DNA of 29,435 nt from Elusimicrobiales bacterium (GTDB taxonomy: Bacteria > Elusimicrobiota > Elusimicrobia > Elusimicrobiales > UBA9959), in the NCBI GenBank assembly GCA_049972095.1, contig JBMFKQ010000021.1, forward strand, positions 1 to 29,435, written 5' to 3'. The first letter of the stretch is position 1; every line of letters starts with the position of its first letter. Shown piece by piece: positions 27,737-29,435 of the stretch. The position numbers were made by a program, and so were the translations under genes. The notes under the pieces were generated by a model. The model searched no databases. It was not told where the DNA came from and worked only from the letters and a program-made list of their open reading frames with translations.

Positions 27737-27942
27737 ATTTCTCCTTTTTCCCATTTATCAAAACATTTTTTACAAAAATGTAAATTTTCATCTCCCGTAG
27801 CGCTATCTATATCATATAATAATTCGTGTGTCTTAGAATATTCCCCCGTTTTAGAATTATACTTCCATTTTATCCAAACTTTCTGGACATTAACAGTGGC
27901 TGGTTTGCCACAATTCTCACATTTTATTTCAAATTTTCTCAT
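27733..27942 (-). CDS. Small CxxC...CxxC zinc-finger protein
   Basis: CENCGKPA and HFCKKC in 69 aa; AAGGAG RBS; overlaps both neighbours. Confidence 0.7.
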   Translation of the reverse strand: MRKFEIKCENCGKPATVNVQKVWIKWKYNSKTGEYSKTHELLYDIDSATGDENLHFCKKCFDKWEKGEI

Positions 27943-28486
27943 AAATCTCCTTTGACCTAGAAAAATATTTTAAATTTCTTTCAGAATTTTTTACAATATA
28001 ACCCAAATAAAGATATGGTGGATTTGTTATATGATAAGGCGGATACTTTAAAGATTTAAGATCCGGATAATTTTGTAATGTATCTCTTATTTGAATATTC
28101 CTTTTTGCTACCTCATAAGGAATTCCATAATTTTTAGCATTTTCGATTGCTCTCTCAATCATTTCTTTTTGAATATCAAAAAGAAAAATATGTTCTTTAA
28201 AAAATTCTATCCTTTTATTTTTGGGGATTGCTTCTAATATAGGTAGAATAAGATTGCCTTCTCCGCAAAATAGATCTATCCAGCTATATTCATAAAGAAT
28301 ATTTTTAATTTCCGGCAAGATAAATTTTTTAAAAATATCTATTGAAGTTAGATGTGCTCCAAATTTCCTTCTTTTCCTTTCAGCTGAAATATAAGTTGCG
28401 GTCCCCAAATCTCTAACATACCCACCTTTTCTGTTTGGTTTAATTATAATTTTTTCTTTTATGGGTTTGTAATTTGTTTTGCTCAT
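27929..28486 (-). pseudogene. Truncated N6-adenine DNA methyltransferase (gamma-class motif order)
   Basis: Motif I DLFCGEGNL and motif IV TNPPY; the ORF ends about 27 aa after NPPY, lacking motifs V-VIII and a target recognition domain. Confidence 0.75.
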
Positions 28487-29163
28487 ATTAATCCTTTCTC
28501 TTTAAAACTTATAAATCCTGTTTTGGTAATGATTATGTGGTCAACTATTTCAATTCCTAAAATCTTACCTGCTTCTGCTAATCTTTTTGTTATTTCCAAA
28601 TCGTCTTCTGATGGTTCGGGATCGCCAGAGGGGTGATTGTGAGCTAAAATAATCTGAGCGGCTAAGTTCTTAACTGCTGGTTCAAAAACTTCTCTTGGGT
28701 GGACTAAATTAGCGTTAAGAGAGCCAATAGAAATTATTTCTCTTTTGATTTCCTGATTTCGGCTATCAAGGTAGAAAATAACAAAGTGTTCTTTTTTGTG
28801 GTCTCGTAAATCTTTTAATTCTTCCCATATCTCTTTTGGTGTTAAATAAATTTGGGCTTTTTTGTCTTTGAGCAATCTTTTTCCAAGTTCAAAGCAGGCG
28901 ACAATCTCACAGGCTTTGGCTGGACCTAATCCCGGATAATCTTTTAAATCGTCAAAGGTTAAATCTGGCAATTTATTGGCACTAAATCTTTTCAGAATTT
29001 TATTTGCCAATTCAATAACATTTTCTTCTTTTGTCCCTGATCTTAAAATAATTGCCAAAAGTTCAGAATTGGAAAGTTTTTCTGGCCCATATCGCATTAA
29101 TTTTTCTCTTGGCCTTTCAATTTTTGGCAGCTCTTTAATAGCCTTTTTAATCTTGCTTTCCAT
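28483..29163 (-). CDS. radC: RadC family (JAB/MPN domain) protein
   Basis: ERPREKL, ELLAIILRSG, GLGPAKA, GSLNANLVHPREVF, HNHPSGDPEPSEDD, DHII. Start is 29163 or 29172. Confidence 0.96.
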   Translation of the reverse strand: MESKIKKAIKELPKIERPREKLMRYGPEKLSNSELLAIILRSGTKEENVIELANKILKRFSANKLPDLTFDDLKDYPGLGPAKACEIVACFELGKRLLKDKKAQIYLTPKEIWEELKDLRDHKKEHFVIFYLDSRNQEIKREIISIGSLNANLVHPREVFEPAVKNLAAQIILAHNHPSGDPEPSEDDLEITKRLAEAGKILGIEIVDHIIITKTGFISFKEKGLI

Positions 29164-29356
29164 AATTTTCATTTTATCAAATTATACTTGCTTGCTGAGC
29201 TTCAAGACTTTTGCGATTTTTATTAACTTCATTTCTATAAATTTTGGGTTCTTTTTTTAAAGACTTTTTGACATTTAATCAAATAATCAAAATTAGTAGT
29301 TCATTTTTGTCGCCACAGCAAGGTGAAATTGAAGCGATGGTGAAATAGATCGTCTT

Positions 29357-29394
29357 TGGTGGACCCGACCGGGATCGAACCGGCGACCTTACCC
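29357..29394 (-). mobile_element. tRNA 3' fragment with CCA; probable att site of an integrative element
   Basis: Minus strand GGGTA-AGGTC-GCCGG-TTCGATC-CCGGT-CGGGTCC-ACCA; the upstream 41 nt do not supply a matching 5' half. Confidence 0.7.
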
Positions 29395-29435
29395 ACCTCT
29401 TTGAAAAGCAGATGGCTCAGTAAAGCGTGAAGTAA

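Noticed and set aside
29182..29256. Possible XRE HTH C-terminal remnant (KNPKFIEMKLIKIAKVL)
   Set aside because: Too short and too weak to call without a search.
29357..29435. Complete tRNA, or group I/II intron 3' end, at the window end
   Set aside because: No 5' acceptor strand or D arm is present, and no convincing group II domain V or group I P7 motif is visible in the 41 nt available.

Overview
AT-rich bacterial chromosome segment. Positions 1-25.8 kb are mostly core genes: the HIT-rpsU-dnaG-rpoD macromolecular synthesis cluster, a 5'-nucleotidase operon, rplM-rpsI, tRNA-Arg(GCG), glnA, a tpx/RlmI-like/DUF62/pyrE/AsmA-like/M50 operon, gap-(COG2403 ATPase)-pgk-secG-CNNM, tRNA-Leu(GAG)-lysA, a PGRP-type amidase and two GT4 glycosyltransferases. 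Positions 25.8-29.4 kb are a decayed defence island next to a tRNA 3' fragment: intact radC, a Zn-finger gene and an EVE+nuclease gene, amid deleted MTase, REase, HsdS and GT2 remnants. The most notable observations are: (1) two 144-bp structured tandem units, each regenerating the tRNA-Arg 3' end and carrying an anti-T-arm sequence, running straight into the glnA RBS; (2) an overlapping operon pairing an intact secreted 5'-nucleotidase with two apparent pseudoenzymes (degenerate UshA paralogue and degenerate AphA); (3) an arginine synthetase/cDPG synthetase-family gene between gap and pgk, with tpiA absent; (4) a CNNM-CBS-PTS EIIA fusion; (5) an EVE-nuclease plus Zn-finger pair surviving in a degraded R-M locus. 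All family calls are from motif recognition by eye; no searches were run.
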